A stretch of 64,000 nt of DNA from a virus. The notes below the pieces were generated by a model. It worked only from the letters and a program-made list of their open reading frames with translations. It was not told where the DNA came from and searched no databases. This document shows, piece after piece, positions 43,705 to 53,833 of the stretch; positions within the stretch are counted from its first letter, which is position 1, and each line of letters opens with the position of its first letter. The DNA is taken from the IMG/VR virus record IMGVR_UViG_3300029554_000001; one strand, 5' to 3'. The position numbers were made by a program, and so were the translations under genes.

Positions 43705-45151
43705 TAAATATAAGTACGTTATAAATAGCTAGGGCGTATAGTAATATGCGTAAAAATATTTCCATTTAATTGCTGGAATACCGTAAAGACAATCAAACTA
43801 CAACGCAAAATTGAAATAGATTTAATCGTGATAGTTGCGAAAGCAGAAAAAATTGATTGTATGATATAAGGTTAAACCCTAAGTATCTTAAAAATTGGTA
43901 ATCAGCAGCCAAGCTTCGAAAAGAAGAAGGTTCAACGACTATCCTCGTAAGAGGAGTAGGAATATAGTCAATAAATTATTCCGAAATGGTGGACATCCTA
44001 TAGGGATGAAGATATAGTCTAAGCTTGTGTGAAAATACAAGAATCCGAAAGGGTTAGAGCGAATTGACGATTCGAAAAATTTAGTGTTTAAATAAAATAA
44101 AAAGGAGGTTTGTATGTTAAAAGAAAATCAATTGATTGAAATTCCTTGGACACAAACCGCTTAGAAATATTTCAATGAAAAAGGTTATAGTCTTTTTAAA
44201 GGGAAGACTATTCATGTTAAACCAGAAGAATTACCAGAAGGAAGCCATAGAGAAGTTGTGGCTGTTTGTGATTTTTGTGGAAAAGAAATAACGGTTCAAT
44301 ACAAAAAATATTTAAAAAGAATAGAAAAGCATGATGGTAAATATTGTTGTAGAGATTGTTGGGGAAAGAATAAAGAGCTAATAGCTCAAAGAAATAATAA
44401 GTCTATAAAAACAAATTTAGAAAAATATGGAGTAGATAATCCTGCTAAAAGTGAAGAAATTAAGGATAAATCTAAAAAGACTTTAAATGAAAAATATGGG
44501 GTGGATAATCCTCGGTAGATTAAGGAAGGTCAAGAAAAAGCAAAACAGACTTGTTTGAAAAAATATGGAGTTGAATATCCAATTTTAACAAAAGAAGCAA
44601 AAGAAAAAGCTGTTAAAACTTGTTTGGAAAAATATGGAGATGTAAATCCTTTTTCGAATAAAGAAGTAAGAGCTAAAGCTATCAACACTTGCAGGGAAAA
44701 ATACGGTTGTGATTATCCCGTACAAAATCCAGAAGTGCGAAAAAGAATGCAAGAAGCATTAGCTAATAAAAAAGAATTAATTCCATGTTCTTCACAACAG
44801 TTAAAAATTTATGAAATGCTTTTAGATGAATATAAAGTAGAGTTGAACTACCCTTTAAGTCAACTCAATTTAGATGTAGCTATTTTTATTGGAGATATTA
44901 AAATAGATTTGGAATATGATGGTTGGTATTGGCATCAAGACCAGTAGAAAGATATAAAAAGAGATAGAGTAGTTCAAAAAATGGGTTACAAAGTCTTAAG
45001 AATAAAAGGAGACCATTCTATTCCAGAAAAACAAGAAATAATTGACAAGATAAATTGGCTATTAAAAGATAATAATTATTATGCTGAAATAATTTTAAAA
45101 GATTATGAATAGCAAAAAGCTAAAAACACTAAATAACTCTTAATATAACTG
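43705..45151 (+). mobile_element. group I intron D with a Vsr/EDxHD-like endonuclease ORF
   Basis: P1: exon CTGGT pairs with GCTAG (43728-43732) with a U-G pair. P2 has a GUAA tetraloop and the core is conserved. Splicing after G45151 gives ...VDW-Y-HVASGRQDWG... in frame. Confidence 0.8.
44114..45136 (+). CDS. intron-encoded homing endonuclease, Vsr-like/EDxHD family (paralogue of 37593..38462)
   Basis: RBS AAAGGAGG. Five KYG(V/C)(D/E)(N/Y)P repeats, then LDVAIF..IDLEYDGWYWHQDQ-TAG-KDIKRDRVVQKMGYKVLRI. Four in-frame TAGs. Confidence 0.6.
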
Positions 45152-45768
45152 ACCACGTGGCATCGGGTCGCCAAGATTGGGGTAAGCTTCTCCAGAAGAT
45201 TGGTGCTTCTTTTGCCGCTTATATTCAGGCTCGTCTTGCTAAGGTAATGGCTTCTATTATTACCAATAACACTGACGTTGCCACTAACAATCAAGATGGT
45301 ATCGCTGGCTATATGGCTAACGGTCTTACTGATGAAAACTGGCTCAAAGTTGCACGTTTGGTAAAACTTGCTAATGGCGGTGCTGATGTTTATGCTCTTG
45401 GTACTTCTATTGCTCTCGCTTCTGTCCTTCCTGACAGTGCAAAGGGTTTCCGTTATGGTGAGGATAGCGCTATTGTTAGAGATGGCTTCCTGCCTGATTA
45501 CAAGAATGTTCCTATGATTGAACTGGGTAACGCTCTTGTTCCTAACACCATCAATGGTGAGCCTGAAGTCGTTCTTCCTGATGATATTATTTACATGCTT
45601 CCTCTTGGTATGAATAAGCCTATCAAGGTTGTCATGGAAGGTAATACCGTTTCTGTTGAGAAGGACCCCTTGTTTGCTGCTGACCATACTTACGGTTTCA
45701 CCGTTGACATGCGTATGGGTATGGACGCTATTGTAGGTAGCAAGATTGGTGCTATTACTCTTAACTAA
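45152..45768 (+). CDS. major capsid protein, exon 2
   Basis: Continues track ORF 45157..45768; no TAG codons. Confidence 0.65.
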
Positions 45769-45876
45769 TATCAAATTATAATCTAATTATAAGTAATTAA
45801 TTATAATAATTAGTTAATTTCGTAAATTCTGGTTGCTCCAGATATGTTTAAAAGGTTTAAAAGGAGATTGTAAAAA

Positions 45877-46725
45877 ATGGCTGTAAATAAGAAAACTATT
45901 AAAAATACAGAAGAAGTTGTAAACGAAACTAATAAGGAACAAATTGCTGAGAATGCGGAGACTTCTGTTAAGGAGTCTCCTGCTACTCAGTCTTCTATCT
46001 CGTTAGAAGATATTCAAGCTATGATGGCAAAGTTCCAGTCTACGATTGAATCTTTGAGTAGTGAACTCAAGGAAGAGAAAGCAAAGAACGAAAAGTTGGC
46101 AGAAGCAATCAAAGAATCTACTTTGAATGATAGAGAGGGCGATACAGAAAGTTCTTTTAAGGCAAAAGAAGTACAGGATAATACTTCTAATACAACAGAA
46201 AGACTTTTGGAAATTCTTGGCAATAGAAAGAGTGACAAGGAAATTGTTATTGTTCATAATCGTGAGTTGCTTGGTGGTCTTTCAACCGCTATTCAGCTTA
46301 CTGGTTTGACTATTAATTTCCATACTCTCGGAGAACAGCGTGTTCTTAGTTGGCAACAGTTTGAGGAATGTGTTTCCAAATATCGTAAGTGGTTCGATAA
46401 AGAAATTATTCTTTTGGCTCCCGAATTCGCTGATGTTGCGGAACGCTATAATGTTTCCTGTTTAAAGAGAGAGGGTCATGCTGTTGTTACGAAGGGAGAC
46501 CTCGTAAATATTTACAAGAAGAGTGAGCGTGAACTTGAGGATTACATGAATTCTTTGACTGAAGCTGATAAAGACTTTATTTGTTCTTATTGGCTTGGAA
46601 AGTGCTATGAAAATGATGCTAAATATCGTGTTAGAAGTAAAGTTGAGCTTCTGAACAGAATTTCTAACAAGGGTGTTTTTGACAATCTGTTGGCTCAAAT
46701 GAATTTTGATTCAATAAGACATTAA
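45877..46725 (+). CDS. hypothetical head-associated protein
   Basis: 282-aa ORF with the RBS AAAGGAG. Confidence 0.6.
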   Translation: MAVNKKTIKNTEEVVNETNKEQIAENAETSVKESPATQSSISLEDIQAMMAKFQSTIESLSSELKEEKAKNEKLAEAIKESTLNDREGDTESSFKAKEVQDNTSNTTERLLEILGNRKSDKEIVIVHNRELLGGLSTAIQLTGLTINFHTLGEQRVLSWQQFEECVSKYRKWFDKEIILLAPEFADVAERYNVSCLKREGHAVVTKGDLVNIYKKSERELEDYMNSLTEADKDFICSYWLGKCYENDAKYRVRSKVELLNRISNKGVFDNLLAQMNFDSIRH

Positions 46726-46744
46726 ACAAATAAGGAGGGTTTAA

Positions 46745-47452
46745 ATGGGCATTTTGTTTAGTGATGTCTATCGAAAAGCAATAGCCTTATTTGATGACCC
46801 AAGGATTACGACAGCGTATGAGACTAATCCTTTGCAATTTAATAAGATAATGTACACCTATTTGCAAAATGCAATATCTATGTTTAACAACCCTCTAAGC
46901 GTTTCTTTACGTTTATCTCAATATAAAGAACCAAAAGGTATCATGCAAGTTTTTGAAGGGGATGGTAAGAATAATAAATTCGAACTTGACCCTGAGTTTG
47001 AGATTCAGGATAATTCAGTATATAATTATATTGAGGGAGAATTATTGGTGCAAGGCTCGATTGATAAAGAAGCTCACACTGTAGAATTCCCTGATGTGTT
47101 ACCTGAAGGCAAGCAATATGCAGTTGAGCAATATTATGTTGGTGAATTTACTGACAATTTTGAAGGCTTAACTAATAAAAATGTAAATGGTACAAGTTTA
47201 GTGGTAGGTTATGTTAAAGATATTCTTGCTCGTTTGCTTGTAAAAGCATGGGGAGAAGAAGAGCGCAATTTGTTATTAGATATTCGCAATTTAATGCAAG
47301 ACAGCGATTTCAAGATTATGTCTAATGACCGTATCTTAAAAGCAAAAAACGAATGGGTAGACCAACTTGATTCAGAAATATACAATTATCAAAATAGACT
47401 TGCGTGGCAAATCCGTTTTATGGGTGGTAGTAAGTTTATAGGAAGGGGGTAA
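46745..47452 (+). CDS. hypothetical head-tail joining region protein
   Basis: 235-aa ORF with the RBS AAGGAGGG. Confidence 0.6.
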   Translation: MGILFSDVYRKAIALFDDPRITTAYETNPLQFNKIMYTYLQNAISMFNNPLSVSLRLSQYKEPKGIMQVFEGDGKNNKFELDPEFEIQDNSVYNYIEGELLVQGSIDKEAHTVEFPDVLPEGKQYAVEQYYVGEFTDNFEGLTNKNVNGTSLVVGYVKDILARLLVKAWGEEERNLLLDIRNLMQDSDFKIMSNDRILKAKNEWVDQLDSEIYNYQNRLAWQIRFMGGSKFIGRG

Positions 47453-47454
47453 AG

Positions 47455-47790
47455 ATGGATAAAGACGAAAAGAACTTCAAAGTAGTTTTATCTATTAATG
47501 AGAAAATTATATGCTTAGAAGAAATAGTTTCAAAATTGAAGAAAGTTCTTTATGTATATGACAAATCTCAAGAACCCGATTCCACTTATAATTACCGTGT
47601 GTATTGTGGTGGAATAATGATGTATGTTTCGTCAAGTAATATTCTTTTTGATGGTGAATTAGTAAGTATTATAATTAATATCAATGCTATTTTAACGAAT
47701 CAATTAGATAAAGGACAGATTAAGAAGTTAATATTTGAATCAATCAATTATGCAGAGTATTTATTAAAGAAATACAAAAACGAAGGTTAA
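47455..47790 (+). CDS. hypothetical protein
   Basis: 111-aa ORF tightly coupled to the upstream gene. Confidence 0.55.
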   Translation: MDKDEKNFKVVLSINEKIICLEEIVSKLKKVLYVYDKSQEPDSTYNYRVYCGGIMMYVSSSNILFDGELVSIIININAILTNQLDKGQIKKLIFESINYAEYLLKKYKNEG

Positions 47791-47807
47791 GGAGATTATG
47801 GATTAAA

Positions 47808-49031
47808 ATGGCGATTTTAAATACTACCGATATTGTTGATAGCAGTATCATGCTCAAAGCTCGTTTAAAGCATAACATGGTTGGAGATAATTATTACATT
47901 CAAAATCTGCAACATAAACGCAATTAGGATTGGGAGTATAGATATAATGTAGTTGATATAGAAGAAGAAAGAGACCGACAAATAGAATATACAACAAAGA
48001 TGCCTGAATATACAGCCTTAGATAGCGTAGTTATAAGGAATGTAAAAGGTGAGCGTGGAGAGGATTTGGGAACAGATTGGGCTGAGATTTCTTTTAGAGA
48101 TTTAAAATATCCAAATCCACTGGGAAAAAGGTATCGTTTTTCTTTGGCGTTTCCTGATATGAAAGAGATGTCAGAAGAAGAAAAACATTATGATACTAGT
48201 GTCTGGATTGCTATTAATAAAGCTCCTATAAATCCACGGAACTCTTGTGTTGTGCGTAGATGCAATGCGAATATTGCGCTACTCGGGTCTCCGACAAACA
48301 ATCAAACCGATGCTACTGAGATAAGGTACGAGCCTATTGTACTGGAAAATGAATTGAAATATATGAACCAGTATTATAACAAAACTTTGGTAATACCTCA
48401 AGCTGAGTGGTATGTTACGATGCAATTAAATTATTTCTCTAACGCTGTTAAGATTAATAGCCGAGTTATTCTTGGTGGAACAAATTAGCAGGATATAGAA
48501 AATAATGCTATATATAAAGTTAAAGCTGTTATAAAGAGTACATCTACAAAAACTTTTGCAAAAAGTGGTTTTACAGGGTTGGAAGACATACCTTTCGTAG
48601 TCTTGGCTTTGGATAAAGACATGTGGAGTGCAGAAGACAATGCGATTACTCGTGTTGCTAATAATGCGCCATTGTATTTTATTCCAAAAAAGGAAGACCT
48701 TCATGATGAGGAGTACCATATTACTCTTAAAAATTGTGATGATTATAAAATAATTCTTGGCAATAGTCAAGAATATGAAACTGAATTAAGTTTCAAAGGT
48801 GGTACGCTTCCTACTCAATTTGAGTATAAAGTTGTGTTAAATGGTATAAAAGAGGAAAACTGGAGCAAATATTATGAGTTTAAACAAACTGGTGACAATA
48901 CTTTTGTTATTAAAAATCTAAAAACCTGTAATAGAGGAACATTGGATGTAATTGCTATATGTGCTGACCCAGATATAGCGGGAGTTACCATTAGTGAAAT
49001 TTTTAGCTTTAAGTTAGGAGGTTTTTATTAA
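47808..49031 (+). CDS. hypothetical structural protein (407 aa)
   Basis: The ATG at 47808 and track ORFs 48000..48488 and 48579..49031 share one frame, joined by two TAGs. Confidence 0.55.
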
Positions 49032-49687
49032 TGATTGATTCTAGTTACGCACCTTCAGCTTTTAATAGGTTTGTTAACTTAGATGGAGTAGAAGATAGAA
49101 TAATTTATTATTTGTTATCTCCTAATAAAAAAACCCCCGAAGAATTGGAACAAACTCATATTATTTGGAAACTTTTGTATTATAATGATGCAGATGCTCT
49201 TAATAGAGAATTGCCTACATATCAATAGATTACTTCTTTGATATGTTCTGATGATATAACACAAACCGACAAACGTATTTTTAGAAGTCCTCATTTTGAA
49301 GATGCTTGGACGGTTGAAAGTACATTATTAAAAATTTATATCGACCAAATTATTCCTACAGATAGATACAAAGCTGTTGTTAATTTTGGAATTGATATAA
49401 TTACACATAATAAATGTATTAATATCAATCCAAGTGATGATGATAAAACTTATCCTGTTGATACAGTTGATGGGGTTGAAATTCCTATTACTGGAAAAAG
49501 TCGTGTTTCTACTTTGTTAAAAGCTGTTTTGTTTTTGCTCAATGGCGCTCATGTATAGGGTGTTGGCAATTTAGAGTTTTCAACAATGATGAGTAGATTC
49601 CAATAGGCTCAATATGGAATTTGGAACAACAGAAATTTTGAAGGAATTAAAGTTGTATTAGGATGCTATATGAGTGGGGTGTCTTAA
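49031..49687 (+). CDS. hypothetical structural protein
   Basis: Track ORFs 49031..49228 and 49238..49558 share one frame and extend through TAGs to TAA at 49685-49687. Confidence 0.5.
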
Positions 49688-50695
49688 TTGGCAATATCTA
49701 AAGAGTTACAAGCTAAAATGGAAATGTACGAACAAGCCTATTTCGGTCTGGATTTACCAGTGCCATTTAAAGGCTTGTTAATTTATCCAGTTTTAACGAA
49801 AGATTACTATAATTTTTATGCTAATTTATCTTGTTTTACTCAAGATAAAAATATTAAAGAAATAAAAGTTGTAGATGAAAATGGAATAGAAACTACTAAA
49901 AAAGTGGCTAATCCTGAAGGTATTGGTATGTCTTATATGGCATATTTAATATAGAATATGGAAAACCAAGAATATGGACCTATGGTTACTTCTTAGGTAA
50001 TTAATATGTTCGAACTTGTGCTCCATGAAAAAAATGGTTTGTTTTGTCCTCATTGTGGATTCAAACGAACTTAGTTTGAAGTTATCAAAGAATATGCTAA
50101 ATTCCAAGAAACATTACCTGATAATTTAAGCGAAACTGAAAAGAAAGTTAAAGCTCTTGAGTTTATTAATAATTATGCTATATGTCCAGAATGTAAAAAC
50201 AAAATGAGAGATATCTATGGAATTCAAACGGGTGCTAATGGCGTGAAAAAATTATATATATACGATATAGTTTTAGAACCAAAAGAACTTGATGAATTTA
50301 TAGCTATTATTACACACCAAAATATTTTGGATTACGATGGAGATAGGTATATCGACCCCAATTTAAGAGAAGAAATGGAATTAAAGGCGAGGATGCAGAA
50401 CAAGAATTACACATCTCCAAGTTTGGAAAAATAGCTTGTCTGTATATCCATTAGTTCTCCATACACTATGGAGATGTTAAAAGAACAAGTAAGTTTGAGA
50501 AAACTTTCTTTAATGCTAAAAACCATTGATGCTAAGGGGTATTATTACGCTTAGATTTAGGGTGCTATGTCTCGGATGGTTTAGTTTAAGGATGGAGACA
50601 TTCACCATTGGATATTTACTGATAACAAGAAGGATATGTCTAAGGAAATTATGACAATGAATGATTTCCAAAAGAAGTTTGCTTCTGTTACATAA
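49688..50695 (+). CDS. hypothetical protein with a CxxC...CxxC zinc ribbon
   Basis: TTG start. Track ORFs 49688 and 50204 share one frame, joined by about 7 TAGs. The TAA overlaps the next ATG. Confidence 0.5.
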
Positions 50696-51501
50696 TGGAG
50701 AGAAAAGTGGAAAAATTTACGACTGAAGAAAAACAAAATATTATAAAAGAATATGAGTCTGGATTGTCTTCTGGATAGCTGGCAGAAAAATATCGGTGTA
50801 ATAAATCGACAATTTGCGACATTCTTAAAAAGAATGGAGTTAAAGCAAGAGATGGACATTTTAAGAGATAGTATTCTTTTAATGAACATTATTTTGACAA
50901 AATTGATTCAGAAGATAAAGCTTATTTTTTGGGTTTGTTATTTGCTGATGGATGTAATTTAAAAGAAAGAAATGTAGTTTGTATTGAGTTGGTAAAAACT
51001 GATTCTGCTATATTAGAAAAATTTGCTGAAGTAACTGAAAATAATAGACCATTGTATGATTATAATCACAAAAATGGTTAGACTTCTACAAAATTAAGTT
51101 TTACTAGTAAATATTTTTGTGAAATTCTTGATAAACTTGGATGTGTACCAAGGAAGTCTTTGGTATTGCAATTTCCAGATTATTTAGACAAATCTCTTTT
51201 AAGACATTTTCTTAGAGGATATTTTGATGGAGATGGAAGTATTACTTTATATAGAGGTAAAAGTACGATTAATCGGCAAGCTTCTGTAGTAAGTAGTAAA
51301 GATTTTATAGAATCTCTTAAAGAAAAAATAAACCAAATTAACCCGAACATACATTACATTACTAGGTCAACTGGTAATGGAAGTAGTTTGGTTTTATGTA
51401 GGAAAGATTCTATTAAAGAATTTTTATCTTATATTTATGAAGACTGTTCTATATATTTAGAAAGAAAATTTCTAAGATATCAAGAACTAATAAATAAATA
51501 A
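50695..51501 (+). CDS. free-standing LAGLIDADG homing endonuclease with an N-terminal HTH
   Basis: LGLLFADGCN and LRGYFDGDGSI motifs; three in-frame TAGs. TAATG overlap with the upstream gene. Ends 15 nt before the tail tube start codon. Confidence 0.75.
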
Positions 51502-51515
51502 GGAGGATATATATT

Positions 51516-51522
51516 ATGTTAT
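51516..51522 (+). CDS. major tail tube protein, exon 1 (7 nt: ATGTTAT)
   Basis: RBS AAGGAGG then ATG. P1: GTTAT (51518-51522) pairs with GTAAC (51556-51560), which abuts P2 exactly as in introns A, C and D. Confidence 0.5.
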
Positions 51523-51910
51523 CGGATGCCGAGTCCGCATTTGCTTGGCTAAAGAGTAACCGTATACAGTGATGTGTATGTAAAAATAGTCTTTGAATTG
51601 CTGGAATTCCCTAAAGCTGTTTATGCTACAACAAAAGGATGAAATATGCCTAATTGTGAATGCTACGAAAGTAAAAAGAAATAAACAGATGATATATGGT
51701 TAAATCCTAAGTGTTGAATAATGGGTAATCAGCCGCTAAGTCTTGAATAAAGAAAAGTTCAACGACCATTTCGAAAGGAAGTATACCACAAGTGATTGGT
51801 GGTAGAAGTGGAGACTGCCTTTTAATAAAAGGTAATGATATGGTCTAATCTTATATGAAAATATAAGGCGAAAGCAAAATAAGAGTAGCGTCTTATTTTA
51901 AATTAAAATG
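51523..51910 (+). mobile_element. group I intron E, without an ORF
   Basis: Same core as introns A-D (TTGCTGGAATT...GCTACGAAAGT...ATGGTTAAATCCTAA...AATCAGCCGCTAAG...GTTCAACGACCATT...GATATGGTCT). P10: TTGGCTAAAG pairs with the exon 2 start TTTTAGCTGG. The omega G is at 51910. Confidence 0.75.
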
Positions 51911-52938
51911 TTTTAGCTGGTGTAGGCCGCGCCACTCTTCTCGATGGCGAGCGCCTTGTTGCTACTGCAAATACTCTGATTGATTCTAGTATTACTATTG
52001 GAATCAGCTTCGAGGACCTGCGTGCTGGTATGGGCAATAAGCTTTATGGTCGTTATGCGCATACTTCTACTTTTGACCTCAAGCTGACCGATGCCATGTT
52101 CTCTCTTGAGTATCTTGCCATGAATACTGGTTCTGAGGTTGAACTCGGTGGTGACGCTATGAAAGACGAGAAGCTCACTGCTGATGCTACTGGTAAGGTT
52201 ACTTTGTCTTATAAGGCTGTTCCTATGGTTGGTAATACTAATGTTTATGCTTATATTAAGAAGTCTGGCACCGACGAAGGCTATCAGCGTTATGCTGTTG
52301 CTGGCGATGGTGTAAATGAAGTTTCTCTTGGTGAGGCAATGAAGGATGCCGAAGTTTGTGTTCGTTATATGTATCATAATGATATTGCTTCTAAGATTAC
52401 CATTAGCGCTAACTTCATTCCTAAGACTCTGACTTGCATTCTTGAGGCTAATCTTTACAACGGTGGTTCTTGTGATGTTGAGACCTCTACCCTCGCTGGT
52501 AAGGTTATCATTAAGGTTCCTCGTTTCATGCTCAACGGTTCTCAAGAACTCAGCATGAGCGCTTCTGGTGTTTCTAACACTTCTATTGAAGGTTCTGCTC
52601 TTGCTTCTGGTTGTGCTGGCTGCGACGGCGACGGCGTTTATGCTGAAATCGTTCAGGTTCTTGAAAACAAGACCGCCGCTGACATGTTCGCTAGCATTGT
52701 TATTGAGGATAAAAACCAGACCGCAAAGGCTGGCGATAAGATTGAACTTAACGTCTATGCTTGCCCTGTTGATGGTGCTCCTATTAAGTTGAATCCTGAC
52801 CAGTATACGGTTGCTGTTACCACTGGTGCTAGCACTTATGCTAATGGTGTCGTTACCGTTGTGGATACTAGTGTCGTTACTGTTAAGTTTGTCCCTAATG
52901 ATAAGCTTTCCGACACTATGAATATTACTGTTGCTTAA
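51911..52938 (+). CDS. major tail tube protein, exon 2, with a C-terminal Ig-like (Big_2-type) domain
   Basis: The spliced product reads MLF-LAGVGRATLLDGERL... The frame is open upstream of track ORF 52030..52938, has no TAG, and shows biased codon usage. The C-terminal KAGDKIELNVYA...VTVKFVP resembles Ig-like domains of tail tube proteins. Confidence 0.6.
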
Positions 52939-52967
52939 TTTAATTAACGAACAGGAGATTAAAATAA

Positions 52968-53135
52968 ATGCTTTGCAGTAATGCACAGCAGGAAAATGGT
53001 GGAAGAATAACGTGCAGAGTCGATGGGAAAGAACCTCATCGGCTCTGTCCTTATCAAAAATATTGTCATTAGAAGTGTGCATGGGAAAATTCTCCTGCCA
53101 TGACGAGCTGTGAGAGGAGATTAAGAAATGGATGA
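52968..53135 (+). CDS. small Cys-rich protein
   Basis: 55 aa with one TAG. Overlaps the next gene by 8 nt. Confidence 0.35.
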
Positions 53136-53499
53136 AATGAACAGCGCTTTTGATATTGAAGTTTCTCCTAAGAAAGAAAACAAGGAGAAGCAGATTCAAT
53201 ATAAGAAGTATGACAAAAACAAGCACAACAAGGGAATTGTAAAAGAAGAAATTGTTGAGTCTGTTAAGCAGGAGTTAGAAAGTGTCGCTGAAGAAGAAGT
53301 TAAGCCTATTGCCGAAAAGTCAAAATTAAAAGAAGGTTGGGCAAGAGGGATTGTACATAGTAAGTGGAAGACTTCTGCTTGGGTAATTCTTGAAAATGGG
53401 AAAGGTCTCACGATGAATAATTTTGGTAAATACTCTATTGGTGAGACTGTTGAATTTGAATTACCTTCTTGGTACAAAGATTTACCGAAGAGTAAGTAA
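53128..53499 (+). CDS. hypothetical protein
   Basis: 123-aa track ORF. Confidence 0.55.
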   Translation: MDEMNSAFDIEVSPKKENKEKQIQYKKYDKNKHNKGIVKEEIVESVKQELESVAEEEVKPIAEKSKLKEGWARGIVHSKWKTSAWVILENGKGLTMNNFGKYSIGETVEFELPSWYKDLPKSK

Positions 53500-53513
53500 T
53501 GACAAATAAACTG

Positions 53514-53541
53514 AGGATGGGGTTAATCCCATCCTCTTTTT
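53514..53541 (+). terminator. rho-independent terminator
   Basis: GAGGATGGG-GTTAA-TCCCATCCTC followed by TTTTT. Confidence 0.8.
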
Positions 53542-53550
53542 AGACGCGAA

Positions 53551-53562
53551 AGAGAATAAAAA
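53551..53562 (+). repeat. left copy of the 12-bp direct repeat AGAGAATAAAAA
   Basis: Identical to 60960-60971. Lies 10 nt after the terminator. Confidence 0.5.
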
Positions 53563-53670
53563 GTGAATTTTATTTGGTGAAACAGGTGTGTTTTTCCCTT
53601 TAAAATCAAGGATTTTGAAAAGTATCTTTTTGATGAAGATTTTATTCGGTAAAGATTTTTCTCAAAGTCC

Positions 53671-53699
53671 TTGACAAAAATTCAAACATTTGGTATATT
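53671..53699 (+). promoter_or_regulatory. sigma70-type promoter
   Basis: TTGACA (53671-53676), 17-nt spacer, TGg TATATT (53694-53699). Confidence 0.6.
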
Positions 53700-53833
53700 A
53701 AATATGAAAAATATTAAATGGAGGAAGTGAAGGCGAATCTACAACATGAGTTGTATATACTTATATTAATTGTTAATTATTGAAGGTAATAATTAAAAAA
53801 TATAAGTTCCTATAATAAAGTAGGGGGTTAATT

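Noticed and set aside
42549-45774. ORFs 42549..43094 -, 42733..43131 + and 45103..45774 -
   Set aside because: They are antisense or off-frame to the decoration-like gene and capsid exon 2, which have strong codon bias and RBSs.
51913-53226. 437-aa minus-strand ORF
   Set aside because: It is antisense to tail tube exon 2 and the two following genes. Its composition is low complexity, and the plus-strand genes have RBSs and recognisable domains.
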